Assembly: GCA_043228905.1 (NCBI GenBank)
Contig: JBHGNT010000003.1
Coordinates: 11,594,001 to 11,658,000, forward strand
From: Azolla caroliniana
Lineage: Eukaryota > Plantae > Polypodiophyta
Reading direction: 5' to 3'
Length of the DNA: 64,000 nucleotides
The notes beneath the pieces were generated by a model. It was not told the origin of the DNA. It did not search any database and saw nothing but the letters and a program-made list of their open reading frames with translations. Below, one piece after another: positions 1 to 10,927 of the stretch. Every line of letters begins with the position of its first letter. Position 1 is the stretch's first letter. The position numbers were made by a program, and so were the translations under genes.

Positions 1-315
1 CCAACCGTCTTCTGTTTTCCGCTTGTTCCTTGGCGAATGCGGTTGCGGTCCGATCAACTGCTTGCCGGAGCTCATCCGTCCGTTCCTTGTGCTCCGTTTG
101 CAACCGTTTCCACTGTCTTGGTGCTTCTGTGCTTCTTGGCTCGCGAAATGAAAAGGTCTCCATGCGTTCTGCTTCTTCTTTGTGCGTTTTGGCGCCTTTT
201 TCGAGCATGCACACGTCGTGTACCAATTTAGTATTAAGTAGCGTGGCGTCTCTTAAATGCCCACTACGTACCTTTTCGCGCCTTGCTTTCACACCCGTTC
301 ATACCTCGATTTTTA

Positions 316-319
<4 letters not shown>

Positions 320-361
<42 letters not shown>

Positions 362-366
362 TTTTA
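320..366 (+). repeat. Poly-T tract (poly-A on the element strand) just downstream of the pol stop of element A
   Basis: Long T run with a short AAA interruption. Elements D (AAAAT repeats near 31780) and H (near 48436-48470) have A-rich tracts at the equivalent position. Confidence 0.9.
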
Positions 367-382
367 ATGACGGTGTGTGACC

Positions 383-3163
383 TTACACATCCGTAGGTCC
401 CTTCGGACCCTGACCGTTTTCCTTACGGGTTGCCGTGTCTTCCTTCGTCTCTACTACGGGTTCCCCGTCGTCTTTTTCTTCCGGATCGATCCGTACCGAT
501 CCCGGACAGGTTCCTGGTATAGTGCCGGTGAGCTGCATAAACGGGTTCTTTGGCATCGGTCCTTTATAGGGCTTTAGTCGAAATCCATTCACCCACTTGC
601 CTAGTACTTCCCCGGCAAGTGTCCCTATCTGATAGGACCCGTTGTATTCCCGTGTCAGCCAATACGGGCCTGTCCATCTGAACCGGAGTTTACCCGGCAT
701 CTTGCCCATCCTCGTTTGGAATACTAGCACCGGCTTTCCGATTTCGAACATCTTCTCATTACCTTTCCGGTGACGGTCAACGAACGCTTTCCGTCGTCGT
801 TGCTCCAGTTCCATGTGTAGGATGCTGGCCAGCCGTTGCTCCTCCAGTTCGCATAGTGCTGCTAGCCGCATTTCCTCCGACTTCTTTTCATTCAGCCGTT
901 CCCGTAGTTGGATCCGTAAGCTTGGTACCTGAAACTCGACCGGCATGACCGCTTCTAAGCCGAATGCTAGCCGGAACGGCGTTGTCCGGATACTTGTTTT
1001 GTATGCCGTTCGGTACGCCCATAGCGCACTATGGAGCTTTGTGTCCCAGTCCGTCCGGTTTTCATTGACAATTTTGCGGAGAATGTTCTGCAGCGTTTTG
1101 TTGGTGGACTCTGCTAACCCGTTCGCCTGTGGGTAGTACGGTGTGCTTCTTTTATGGACCACGGCATAGAACGTTGTTAAGCTTTCCACTACCTGGCCGA
1201 GGAAGTGGCCTCCTTGGTCGCTGATTAATTCAATCGGACATCCATATCGGCACCAAATGTTTTCGTACAGGAATTTTGCTGTGGATGACGCGGTGTTGTC
1301 TCTCAGGGCCTTTGCTTCCACCCATTTAGTGCAATAATCCGTTGCCACGATGACATAACGATTACCCGTTCTCATTGCCGGTGGCTTGAACGGTCCGACA
1401 AAATCCAACCCCCACTTCTGGAATGGCTCTAGTGGAAGTACCGGTTGGTGTGGCATCCGTGCTTGCTCCGTAGGCTGGCCCATTCGTTGGCATAGGTCAC
1501 ATTCCTTAGCATACTTGACGGCGTCTTTTAACGTCGTGGGCCACCATAAGCCGCTCTGCCATACTTTCCTCGCCGTCGCTTCCCCGGCATAGTGTCCTCC
1601 GGCAACCCCACAGTGTGCTTCCCGTAAGATTACTTCTTTCTCGTCACTACGGACTGCCCGTCGCCATATTCCATCTGCTCCTTTGTGGTAGAGAGTGTCC
1701 CGTAACAGACAGAAATTGCGGCTCTGCACCGCTAGTCGTTTCCTCTCGTCCCGGTTCATTTCTTCCGGTGGTAGGCCCGTGCTTAGGAACTGGTGCATAT
1801 TTGTCAGCCATTTATCTTCTGATGCCACCGTGTCTTCCGCTGCCGTTTCCGGGGTGATACGGAATAACTCCGCGTCCGGGAATTCATCCGCTACTCCGTC
1901 GCCTGGTTCTCCGGACTCTAACCGGCTTAGATAGTCTGCTACGGCATGCTGGATACCGGGCCGGTGGAAAATCTCGAATTCGAACTCCTGCAACAGCAAG
2001 GTCCAACGGGCCAACTTACCGGTCAGGGACGCCTTGGAAACTAAGTAGAGGAGCGCCGAGTGATCCACATGGAAGGAGAACTTCCTTCCCAATAGGTAGT
2101 GACGAAACTTTGTTACACTGTAGATCATGCCCAGGGCCTCCCGTTCCGTCGTTGAATAGTTCTTCTCCGCTTGGGATAGTTTCCGGCTGGCGTAATATAC
2201 CGGCCGGTACCATTTAGGCTCCGTAAGTTGCATTAAGGCGCTGCCAATAGCGATGTCGGACGCGTCCACGAACACGTGAAATTCCTTGCTCCAATCCGGA
2301 GGCTGCACGACAGGTGCTTGCGACAAAAGTACCTTCAGGGCATTGTATGCCTTATCCTCCGTCTCCGTCCATTGGAACGGTGTCCGATGTACCGCGGTGT
2401 GTAATGGTGTCGCCAAGTCCGCCAAGTGACGGAGCATCCGGCTGTGCCACCGGATTTGTCCTAAGAATCGGCTTAGTGCTTTGCCCGTTTTTGGCGCCGG
2501 TGCCCCTAGTATGGCGTTTACTTTGTCCGGGTCGACCGCAATGCCCTCCTTACTTACGATGTGTCCCAGCAATATTCCACTTGAAACCCCAAAGATGCAT
2601 TTTGCTGGGTTTAAGCTTAGCCGGTATAACCTACACTTTTCAAGGCATAACCGTAGGTGCTGCAAATGGTCTTTTCCCCGGCTATAAACTGCAAAATCAT
2701 CCAGGAAAACTTGCATGAAGGCAGGAATGTATTCGCCGAAGATCTCCATGATGATTCGCTGGAACGTTGCTGGTGCCGTTTTTAGGCCGAACATCATGAC
2801 TTCGGCCACAAACACCCCCCATTCGGTGACGAATGCTGTCTTTTCCTGGTCGTCCGGGTGCATCCGGATTTGATTGTACCCGCTCAACCCGTCTAAAAAG
2901 CTATAAACTTCATGACCGGCGACGGCATCCAGTACTCCGTCCGTGAACGGAAGAGGGAATGCATCCGTAATTGTGGCGGCATTTAGTTTCCTGTAATCAA
3001 CACACACACGTATTTTACCGTTCTTCTTGGGGACGACGACGATGGGGCTCAGCCACGTCGCTTTCTTTACCGGCCGGATGAAGCCCACTCTTAGGAGTTT
3101 GTCGATTTCCTCTTTTACTTTGGCGGCGTAGTTGGGGTTCATTCGGTATCGTCGTTGCGCCAC
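383..3163 (-). CDS. RT-RNase H-integrase part of the element A polyprotein (926 aa open)
   Basis: RT motifs RVCVDYRKLN, SFLDGLSGYNQI and FLDD. RNase H motif FVDASD. Integrase motifs H-H-C-C, WGLDFVGPF, SDQG, QANGLAES and C-terminal WTGPY...VNGFRLKPY. Confidence 0.95.
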   Translation of the reverse strand: MAQRRYRMNPNYAAKVKEEIDKLLRVGFIRPVKKATWLSPIVVVPKKNGKIRVCVDYRKLNAATITDAFPLPFTDGVLDAVAGHEVYSFLDGLSGYNQIRMHPDDQEKTAFVTEWGVFVAEVMMFGLKTAPATFQRIIMEIFGEYIPAFMQVFLDDFAVYSRGKDHLQHLRLCLEKCRLYRLSLNPAKCIFGVSSGILLGHIVSKEGIAVDPDKVNAILGAPAPKTGKALSRFLGQIRWHSRMLRHLADLATPLHTAVHRTPFQWTETEDKAYNALKVLLSQAPVVQPPDWSKEFHVFVDASDIAIGSALMQLTEPKWYRPVYYASRKLSQAEKNYSTTEREALGMIYSVTKFRHYLLGRKFSFHVDHSALLYLVSKASLTGKLARWTLLLQEFEFEIFHRPGIQHAVADYLSRLESGEPGDGVADEFPDAELFRITPETAAEDTVASEDKWLTNMHQFLSTGLPPEEMNRDERKRLAVQSRNFCLLRDTLYHKGADGIWRRAVRSDEKEVILREAHCGVAGGHYAGEATARKVWQSGLWWPTTLKDAVKYAKECDLCQRMGQPTEQARMPHQPVLPLEPFQKWGLDFVGPFKPPAMRTGNRYVIVATDYCTKWVEAKALRDNTASSTAKFLYENIWCRYGCPIELISDQGGHFLGQVVESLTTFYAVVHKRSTPYYPQANGLAESTNKTLQNILRKIVNENRTDWDTKLHSALWAYRTAYKTSIRTTPFRLAFGLEAVMPVEFQVPSLRIQLRERLNEKKSEEMRLAALCELEEQRLASILHMELEQRRRKAFVDRHRKGNEKMFEIGKPVLVFQTRMGKMPGKLRFRWTGPYWLTREYNGSYQIGTLAGEVLGKWVNGFRLKPYKGPMPKNPFMQLTGTIPGTCPGSVRIDPEEKDDGEPVVETKEDTATRKENGQGPKGPTDV

Positions 3164-6100
3164 TGGTTTCGCGTCCTTGCCTAAGTGGATCTGATGCTAA
3201 TATAATTGAGGGTCCAGCCCTCGCATGTCTTCGTATGACCAGGCGAATACGTCGCGAAACTCCGTGAGAAGTTTGATCATCGCCGCTTTATCTTCCGGCT
3301 TCATTTCTTTGGCGATGTGTACCGGCTTTGATTCGTCTTTGCTTCCTAGGTTCACTTCGTCGAGCTGGGATGCTTTTACCCGTTGGGAAACGGCCATTTC
3401 CCGTTCCAACGCTTCCTGTGCTTGCCGTAATTCCCGAATCGCATCTTTGTCTGGTTCGGCTTCGGTGTCGTCCCGCTGCGGCAAGTATGCGGCTACGGCT
3501 TCAACTACGTCAATCTCGAAGAGTGGTACGATCTTCGGATGTTCCTCCAAGTACTGGGCTTCTTCGTCGTCTGCCAATCCTTCAAGCATGTTCACACATT
3601 CCGCGTACAGCGGTGTGCATTCCTTACCGTTGCTCATCCGTGGTTGTGTCGGTACCCGGACCTTGGCTTTTCCGCGCCGGAAGGTAATCATATTTTTTCG
3701 CCAATTTTGCTTGATGTGTGCTGTTTTCAACCATGGTCTGCCCAGCAGCAGTGGGTACGCGCCTTGCGCCTGTAGCTGCAGCACTACAGCCGAGATGTGA
3801 AATGTGTGGCCTCCTATGGTGACTTCCAATTTCCGTATTAAGCCCGTCGACCGTACAGAGCTCGTATCCGCCATCCGTAGCCAGAACGGACATGGCTCCC
3901 ATTCATGTATACCCAAGGCATCACACGTGCGAAGGCTTATTACGTTCACTCCGGAACCTCCATCGATTACTGTGCCGGGAAGTTCGTCCCCTTTGACAAT
4001 AGCTGTGATCACCGGACTACTAGTGTCCACCACCGTCGGTCCCTCCTCCGGATTCGAGAAAAGGACTGGTGCCGGTGGAGCTATACCGTCTGTCATGACC
4101 GTTTTTAGTCCTTCTGTGAATCGCGGCACGAGTTGCAAGAGTCTTCCTAATGGTAACGTGATCTGACATTCTTGTAGTGCTTGCCATGTCTCGTTTTCTG
4201 GGTGGCTACCGCCGGCACTCCCTATGGTCTTCGCCTTTTGCCGTTCCGCGTCCGCGACGTTTCTTTCATTGGCTTCCTTCACCCATTCCGTCGCCTGTTT
4301 TCGTATGGCCTCTTGTGTTTCCCATTCTTTGGCCATGCCTTTCGACCGTGTGGTTACTTGCTGTAAATCCGCCACTTCCGGAACCACCATATTAACTGCT
4401 GGTCGATCTCGTAGCTCTTTACCGGGCACTGGTTACTGTAGTGGCCTTCCTGCCTGCAGTAGTAGCAGTACTCTTTACGGGTATTGCTGGATTCAGCATT
4501 GCTGGTAGCCGGAGTCGGTCCCGTAGCGAGTGGTGCGTTCTGTGCCGGTTGGCTCCTTGGGGTTCCATGTTCCGGGTCCCTAGGGTGACCACCTTTCTTG
4601 AAATTACGTTTCTTATTATTCTTATGTTTATTTCGGTAGTCCGGTCGTGGCGGATCGTAAAATCGGCCGTAGTCCTCCTGGTGCCTTCGGTAACCAGGGG
4701 AATGGTCTCTGTCGTATTGCTCGTGTCGCCTGTTGGGCTCTCGATAACGGTCCGATCGCTCATACCGGTCGTAGTTATCACGCCGATTCCCGTACCGGCC
4801 ATCATTCTCTTGCCTGTCTCCGTACCGGACATCCTGTGCCGGTCGGTACCGGTTCATTTTTTGCCAACGATCTTCATCTTCGTCTTGGCTGCTTCTTGGC
4901 TCGATTCGTCGGACGGGTGGTGCTTGTCGGTTTAACAGGTTATACTCGCACCGGTCCGTTGTATGACTCTTGGATTGACAAATCACACACTGAGTGCGCA
5001 TGGTGCACTCTACTGCCGAGTGTCCGGCATTCAAGCAGATTGTGCATTGAATTGCCTGCCGAACCGGAGATCTTCCTCGGTGGGTAACGCCCGTTGCAGT
5101 GTTCCCAGTGTAAGCCATGAGCTTGTCTTTTCCATTTCTCTGACCCGGTCAATGACCTGATCGATGGTGCATCCTCGAAAGTCGATCACCGTACACACCG
5201 TGCGTAACGGTTCCCGGAGTGCGTTTAAAAATATCGTCCGTAATTCCTCCTCCGGGGGTGCACGGGCAAGCTGGCTATGCATTCGTTGGAAACGGATGAC
5301 GAATTGGGGAATGCTTTCCCCTGCCTCCTGCCGGATCGTATAAAACAAGCCCACCATTGTCGTCTGGTCGACCTCCTTGTGGAAAAAATGCAAGAATTTT
5401 GCTTTTAATTCTGCAAATGTTGTGATGGTCGCCGGGTCCTGCGACCGCCGCCATCGTGTCGCTGGTCCCTCCAACGTGACTCCGAATTCCGCTATCTTCG
5501 AGCGTTCTTCTTCCTCCGGTGTCATTCGTTGGGACGTGTGATTTGCTTCCCATGTCTGCTCGAAGTCATCCACATGCGCTTCCGCATCCGGATCATCGCG
5601 GTACTTTGAGTATTGGAACGGCATGTCGTCGTCCAGTATTAAGCCGCGGTTTAGTGGCGTTTGTTGATATTTTTCCGGTTCTTTCTCCGGTTCCACTTCC
5701 GGTTCTTCTGCTGGTCCTTTTTCCGGTTCTTTTTCCGGCTCTTCTTCCGGTACCTTTGCCGGCTCTTTCGTTGGTGTTGGTGGCTTTGCTTCTTCCACTT
5801 CCGTTGTTGGTGGGTTGACGGCTTCCGTTTGCGGTTCCGGATAGCCCTGGTTGAGCGGTTCCGGTTCTGGAGTCGGCACGGTATCCGACCCGTCGTCTTC
5901 CGGGCCGCCGGGGGTATCGTTGCTGCTCCGGTAGTTCGTGTGCACGTTGTATCCCCCTTCGGAATCCGATTCGTAGGCTGAAAAGGCTTCTGCCTCGTTT
6001 TCTCCGCTTGCCAGCGCCTCCAGGAGTCGTTCGGTTTCCCGGAGACTACTTAGACTGCTTCCGTCGTCCTGGTCGCGAGTTTGCCGTAACCGGAGAGATT

Positions 6101-6245
6101 CCTCCGCGACTCTCCGGATCTCGTTGGAGAACGAACGATCCGAGCGAATTTCCTGCGCTGCTTGCTGGAAAGTCTCACGCCGTCTTTGCCGTTCGGCGAG
6201 GCGTCGAGCTCGGTCTGTACCCAAGTCGTGCGTTGGTCTAGTCAT
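3164..6245 (-). pseudogene. gag-protease part of element A, broken by two 1-nt frameshifts (~5060, ~4410) and one stop (3197-3199)
   Basis: ORFs 5031-6245 (capsid-like), 4354-5118 (three CX2CX4HX4C knuckles) and 3197-4429 (protease IDGGSGVNVI). Alignment with D and H shows the junctions are in frame there (RFRQAIQC; YDKRPAVN), so the ancestor had a single gag-pol ORF. Confidence 0.9.
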
Positions 6246-6280
6246 CCATTACCGTCGTTCGCTGCGAGAAAGCAGGAATC

Positions 6281-6290
6281 GTGGTCGCCA
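6281..6290 (-). promoter_or_regulatory. Primer-binding site TGGCGACCAC (tRNA-Arg(UCG)-like) of element A
   Basis: Lies 6 nt (CAGTTT) inside the 5' LTR and starts with TGG. The match to the plant tRNA-Arg(UCG) 3' end is recalled, not searched. Confidence 0.7.
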
Positions 6291-6296
6291 AAACTG

Positions 6297-6716
6297 TGTT
6301 ATTCTCTTAGCCGGACAAGGCCTAACACAAGGTGTCACGGAGACACTTCACCAAAGGGTGATTACGGCATAGGATTAAGATTCAACGATTACACCGACTT
6401 ACGTAGGTTACACGATTAGATTGCTTTGGTTAATTACACGCGTAAGATATAACAGTGATTACAGAACGGAAATCAAGACAGAAGTATAAACAACATAAGC
6501 TCTACTAATTATCCGCTGTCATTACAATAGGGTCCGGGCCTTTAAATAGGTTTCCGGCCCGTAGTACAAAACGGTGCCTCTCGCACCTATTCGGGATCCG
6601 TCCAGATCTGGAACGGCATACCGTTTCCAGTCCGTCCGTCCACACTTTGCTCATTTACAACCATATCTAATTAATTCCTTCACTCCGTATTTTGGACTCC
6701 TTGCCGGCCGGTAACA
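6297..6716 (-). repeat. 5' LTR of element A (420 bp, TGTTACCGGCCGG...AATAACA)
   Basis: TG...CA termini, homologous to the D LTRs, contains TATTTAAA. Confidence 0.92.
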
Positions 6717-9128
6717 GTGGAAAGAGAAACCGGCCGGAAGCTGAAGGCGGTTCGAGTAGATAACGGAGGAGAGTACCGGGGGCAGTTCGAGGAGTACTGC
6801 CGCTCGAAGGGAATCCGGCTCGAATTTACCATGCCGAAGATGCCGGAACTACACGGACTGGCCGAGAGGATGAACCGGACCATAATGGAGAGGGTCCGGA
6901 GTATGCTAGCGCATGCAAAACTACCCAAGAAGTTTTGGGCTGAGGCACTGTCCACGGCGACATACGTGATAAATAGATCACCCTCAGTACCCTTGGACAG
7001 AGACACGCCACAGAGAGTGTGGACCGGTAACGAAGTATCCTACCGGCATCTGAAGGTGTTCGGGTGTCTCGCGTACGTGCATGTAGCAAAGGACCGGAGA
7101 GGAAAGTTAGATCCAAAGACCCGGCCATGCATATTCCTCGGTTACGGTGACGATGAGTTCGGCTACCGAGTGTGGGACCCGGTCGACAAGAAGGTATTCC
7201 GGAGTCGAGATATTATCTTCATGGAGGACAAGACGCTCGCCGACTGGGAGTCGGAGAAGAAGATAATGAACTCCGAGTCGACCGGTAAGGATAGACTCTA
7301 CGATGAGCAGACCCAATCGGCAAGAGACCAGTTAGCACTCGAGGAACCAGCTGGTTACGGTGAGGATACCAAACCGGCAGAAGAAGATGTAGAGGAAGCT
7401 GAGACCAGAACCGGCCAAGACCCCGAATCAGATTCGGATGAAGAGCAAATGGAGGAGCCAGTTACCGAAGCCCGAAGACGTAGATATCCTCTCAGAGAGA
7501 GAAGGGCGCCCCGGAGATTCCCGGATGCAGAGCATGTTCTGCTGACCGATGAGGGAGAGCCGGAAAGCTTCGAAGAAGCGAAGGAAGACACCCACAGTCA
7601 AAAATGGTTAAGTGCCATGCAGGATGAGATGGATTCCCTACATGAGAACCATATGTACGAATTGGTGGAGTTGCCGAAAGGAAAGCGGGCACTCCGAAAC
7701 AAGTGGGTGTACAAGTTGAAACCGGGAGATGCCGGCAACCCCCCGAGATACAAAGCCAGGATCGTGGTGAAGGGGTTCCAACAGAAGAAGGGCGTGGACT
7801 TCGATGAGATATTTGCCCCGGTAGTAAAGATGACCTCCATCCGGATGGTGCTGAGTATAGCAGCAAGGATGGACCTCGAGGTAGAGCAGCTGGACGTGAA
7901 GACGGCATTCCTTCACGGCGACCTCGAAGAGGAGATCTACATGCAACAACCGGAAGGATTTGTGGAGAAAGGGAAGGAGCACCTGGTATGCCGGTTGAAG
8001 AAGAGCCTGTACGGACTGAAGCAGGCTCCCCGGCAATGGTACCGGAAGTTCGACTCCTTCATGACCGATCAAGGGTACCACAAGACGCAGGCCGATCACT
8101 GCGTGTTTGTGAAGAAGTTCGAAGGAGGGGACTTCCTGATACTCCTCCTGTACGTGGATGACATGTTGATCGTCGAACGAGACCAAGGCAAAATACGGAT
8201 GCTGAAGAAGGCTCTCAACCGGACCTTCTCAATGAAAGACTTGGGTCCGGCAAGACATATGTTGGGGATGCACATCATTCGGGACCAGTCAGTGAAGCAA
8301 TTATGGCTGTCACAGGAGAAGTATGTGACAAAGGTGCTTCACCGGTTCAACATGTCAGAAGCAAAACCGGTCGGATCGACACTTCCGGCAAACTGCAAGC
8401 TGTCTGGTAACCAAACCCCGAAGAAGAAAGCTGAGAAGGCTGATATGATGAACATTCCATATGCCTCTGCCGTCGGGAGCTTGATGTACGCAATGGTCTG
8501 TACCCGACCGGACATTGGATACGCAGTTAGAGTGGTGAGCCGGTTTATGAGCAATCCCGGCAAAGAGCACTGGAACGCGGTCAAGTGGATACTCCGGTAT
8601 TTGAAGGGCACTTCAAATATGTGTCTCCGATTCGGCTCCGGAAAACCTCAACTGGACGGTTTCACCGATTTGGACATGTCGGCTGATGTGGATACCAGCC
8701 GGTCTACATCCGGGTATGTAATGACATATGCAGGGCGAGTTGTTTCGTGGCAGTCGAGGTTGCAGAAGACGGTTGCATTGTCAACCACGGAGGCGGAGTA
8801 CATGGCGGTTGTGGAAGCCGGCAAGGAAATTTTATGGATGAAGGACTTCATCGGAGAGCTCGGTAAACGGCAAGAGGAATACCGACTCTATTGCGACAGT
8901 CAAAGTGCCATCCACCTTGCTAAGAATGCGGCCTACCATTCCCGGACAAAGCATATCCAGCGGAGGTATCACTAGATCCGGGAAAGAGTAGATGACCAGG
9001 AGTTCGCACTGACGAAGATCCACACGGCCGAGAACGGGTCAGATATGCTGACCAAAGTGCTGACACCCGACAAGCTGGACGCATGCCGGAAGAGGATCGG
9101 GCTGGTAAGACACCCCATGCCGGAGTGA
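6717..9128 (+). pseudogene. Copia pol (integrase core C-half, RT, RNase H); truncated 5' by element A; premature TAG at 8973-8975
   Basis: Motifs DNGGEY, AERMNRT, KARIVVKGF, QLDVKTAFLHG, SLYGLKQAPRQW, YVDDML, STTEAEY and YHSRTKHI. The frame continues after the stop (IRERVDD...DMLTK) to TGA at 9126-9128. Confidence 0.93.
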
Positions 9129-9138
9129 AGGGGGAGTT

Positions 9139-10147
9139 TGTTGGGAAAACAGGTCCCTCCGGATGGGAAGGAAGAAGAACAATGCCGATAAACAAACTCG
9201 GCCGAGCCCGATAGGCCGAGGCCGAAACCGTATGAGGAGGACCCGGCTACGGAGAGCCGGATGGTGCAGACCCGGTATGAACCGGATGAGGAGCACCCGG
9301 CTACGGAGAGCCGGATGATACAGGCCCGGTGTGAACCGGATGAGGAGTACCCGGCTACGGAGAGCGGGATGATACAGGCCCAGTGTGAACCGGATGAGGA
9401 GTACCCGGCTACGGAGAGCCGGATGATACAGGCCCGGTGTGAACCAGATGAGGAGTACCCGGCTACGGAGAGCCGGATGATAAAGGCCCGGTGTGAACCG
9501 GATTAGGAGTACCCGGCTACGGAGAGCCGGATGATACAGGCCCGGTATGAACCGGATGAGGAGTACCCGGCTACAGAGAGCCGGATGATACAGACCCGGT
9601 GAAGACCGGATGAGGAATACCCGGCTACGGAGAGCCGGATGGTACAGACCCAGTGAGAACCGGATGAAGAGACATATTCATAAATATGTTTCTGAGAGCC
9701 CATCGAGGCTACATTTCTAAATAGCCGAAAAGTCATATTAGTATAAATATGACTTAGGGCAAACTTTTAGTACAGCAGGAGTTGTTATTTTTTCTTGTTG
9801 GTGCAAGAAGAAGAGAGAGCACGTAATAGTGTACAGAGAGAGAGAGAGAGAGAGAGAAAGAGGTTGTTGCCTCTGTTGTAATCGCCGCCTGTGGCGAAGA
9901 GCGTGAGTCCGAGGTCGTTGCCTCCGAGAACTCACTGTTTTGTACACCCATACATAGTGACAGTTTGCAGCCTATGGGCTGCCGTGGTTTTTCCCCTAGT
10001 TTGGGGTTTTCCACGTAAACCTCCTGTGTAGTGTGTGTGTGTACCATTTCTCTTCTTTGTGTCGTGTTCTACTTCCCGTTTTCTGTGTATGAAAAGAATC
10101 TCGGTTGTGGCCGAGCGTTGCGCATAAGGAACGTTCGGTTCCCATCA
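9139..10147 (+). repeat. 3' LTR of Copia B (~1 kb)
   Basis: Follows the PPT. TATAAATA near 9742 and a (GA)n run near 9835-9857. The right boundary is inferred from the terminal inverted repeat only. Confidence 0.75.
9224..9671 (+). repeat. 54-bp tandem repeat, about 8 copies plus a partial, in U3 of the B LTR
   Basis: Unit GAACCGGATGAGGAGTACCCGGCTACGGAGAGCCGGATGATACAGGCCCGGTGT repeated head to tail with point variants. Confidence 0.95.
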
Positions 10148-10240
10148 CTTTGAACCCTTGACTTCAATTTGGAGAGACAAGACACATTAACAATGAGATT
10201 ACTAGGATTTTTATTATTATTTTCTTGATTCAATGCAAAT

Positions 10241-10454
10241 TGTGTGTTCTACTACTTAGCATCATGCATTCATGATCAAATGCTCGACTATATCCGGGAG
10301 GCCAAAACGCCGAAGGAGGCATGGGGGAACCTCAAGAAGATATTTGCGGCCAATACATCAACACGAAAACTTCAACTCTGACAAGAGTTGAATAGCATTG
10401 AACAGAGGGATATCTCGATCGGAAGCTACACTTTGAAGATCAAGGAGTTGTGTG
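10241..10454 (+). pseudogene. Copia gag fragment (same family as E/I/J)
   Basis: Translates to ...DQMLDYIREAKTPKEAWGNLKKIFAANTSTRKLQL*QELN..., homologous to the gag of E and I. Cut off by the LTR at 10455. Confidence 0.85.
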
Positions 10455-10927
10455 TGTTAGAGATTAATCCTAATGTAAGTGTATGATAAGGAAATATAAG
10501 GTAAGAAAATAGAGAGGAGATAGAAAGAAGGGTGTCGATCCACCTGACCATCCCCGAGTGAAGGGATTGAGACAGACTTGAGCCTCAATGGGTGTCCCGT
10601 ACCACCGTCATGGCGTCGAGTCGTACCTATATTGGCACGTGCGCTACAAGAGTTTATCACCACAAGAGCAAAGTCTCAACGTAGTCGATAATGATCTCCT
10701 AATGAGGGTCTCTAGTCCTCATATTTATAGCCGGACATAAAACCCCCAGGCAAGTTCACACTTGGCCCTTATGGGTTGTCCTTATCCCAAGGATTAAAAG
10801 TAATCTTTCCTTCTTTACACTCTCATTTAACCCCCACACTTTATCCGTATGTATAGAATACTACGTTAAAACTTACCATAGGATATGGTCATGCTCGTAA
10901 CATACTCCCCATTAAACTCATTGCACT
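10455..10927 (-). mobile_element. Chromovirus-family 3' LTR (10455-10902) with its PPT and ~15 nt of upstream sequence
   Basis: Reverse-complement homolog of the C LTR (TGTTACGAGCATGACC...CTCTAACA). Preceded on the minus strand by AGTGCAATGAGTTTAATGGGGAGTA, matching the C pol end and PPT. Confidence 0.88.

Larger units (their letters stand above)
1..6716 (-). mobile_element. Gypsy LTR retrotransposon A (non-chromovirus, Athila/Phygy/Selgy-like); 3' part runs off the window start; inserted into Copia element B
   Basis: 5' LTR at 6297-6716, PBS, then gag-PR-RT-RH-INT in Gypsy order. No chromodomain and no extra archaeal-type RNase H between RH and INT. Closely homologous to element D. Its right end abuts the middle of a Copia integrase ORF at 6717. 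Confidence 0.95.
6717..10147 (+). mobile_element. 3' half of Copia LTR retrotransposon B (Tnt1/Tork-like)
   Basis: INT-RT-RH order, PPT GAAGGGGGAG at 9127-9136, and a 3' LTR starting TGTTGGGAA at 9139 and ending TTCCCATCA at 10147 (8/9 inverted-repeat match). Confidence 0.9.

Noticed and set aside
4354-5118. Programmed ribosomal frameshifts in the gag-pol of element A
   Set aside because: The homologous junctions are in frame in D and/or H, so these are single-base deletions, either decay or sequencing error.
945-8851. Numerous short antisense or overlapping ORFs (also throughout D, H and I)
   Set aside because: Shadows of GC-rich retrotransposon coding sequence with no recognisable motifs.
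9224-9671. Regular repeat array as a CRISPR, or as a repeat protein (EPDEEYPATESRMIQARC)
   Set aside because: Units are head to tail with no unique spacers, there are no cas genes, it lies within an LTR in a eukaryotic context, and one unit has an in-frame stop.
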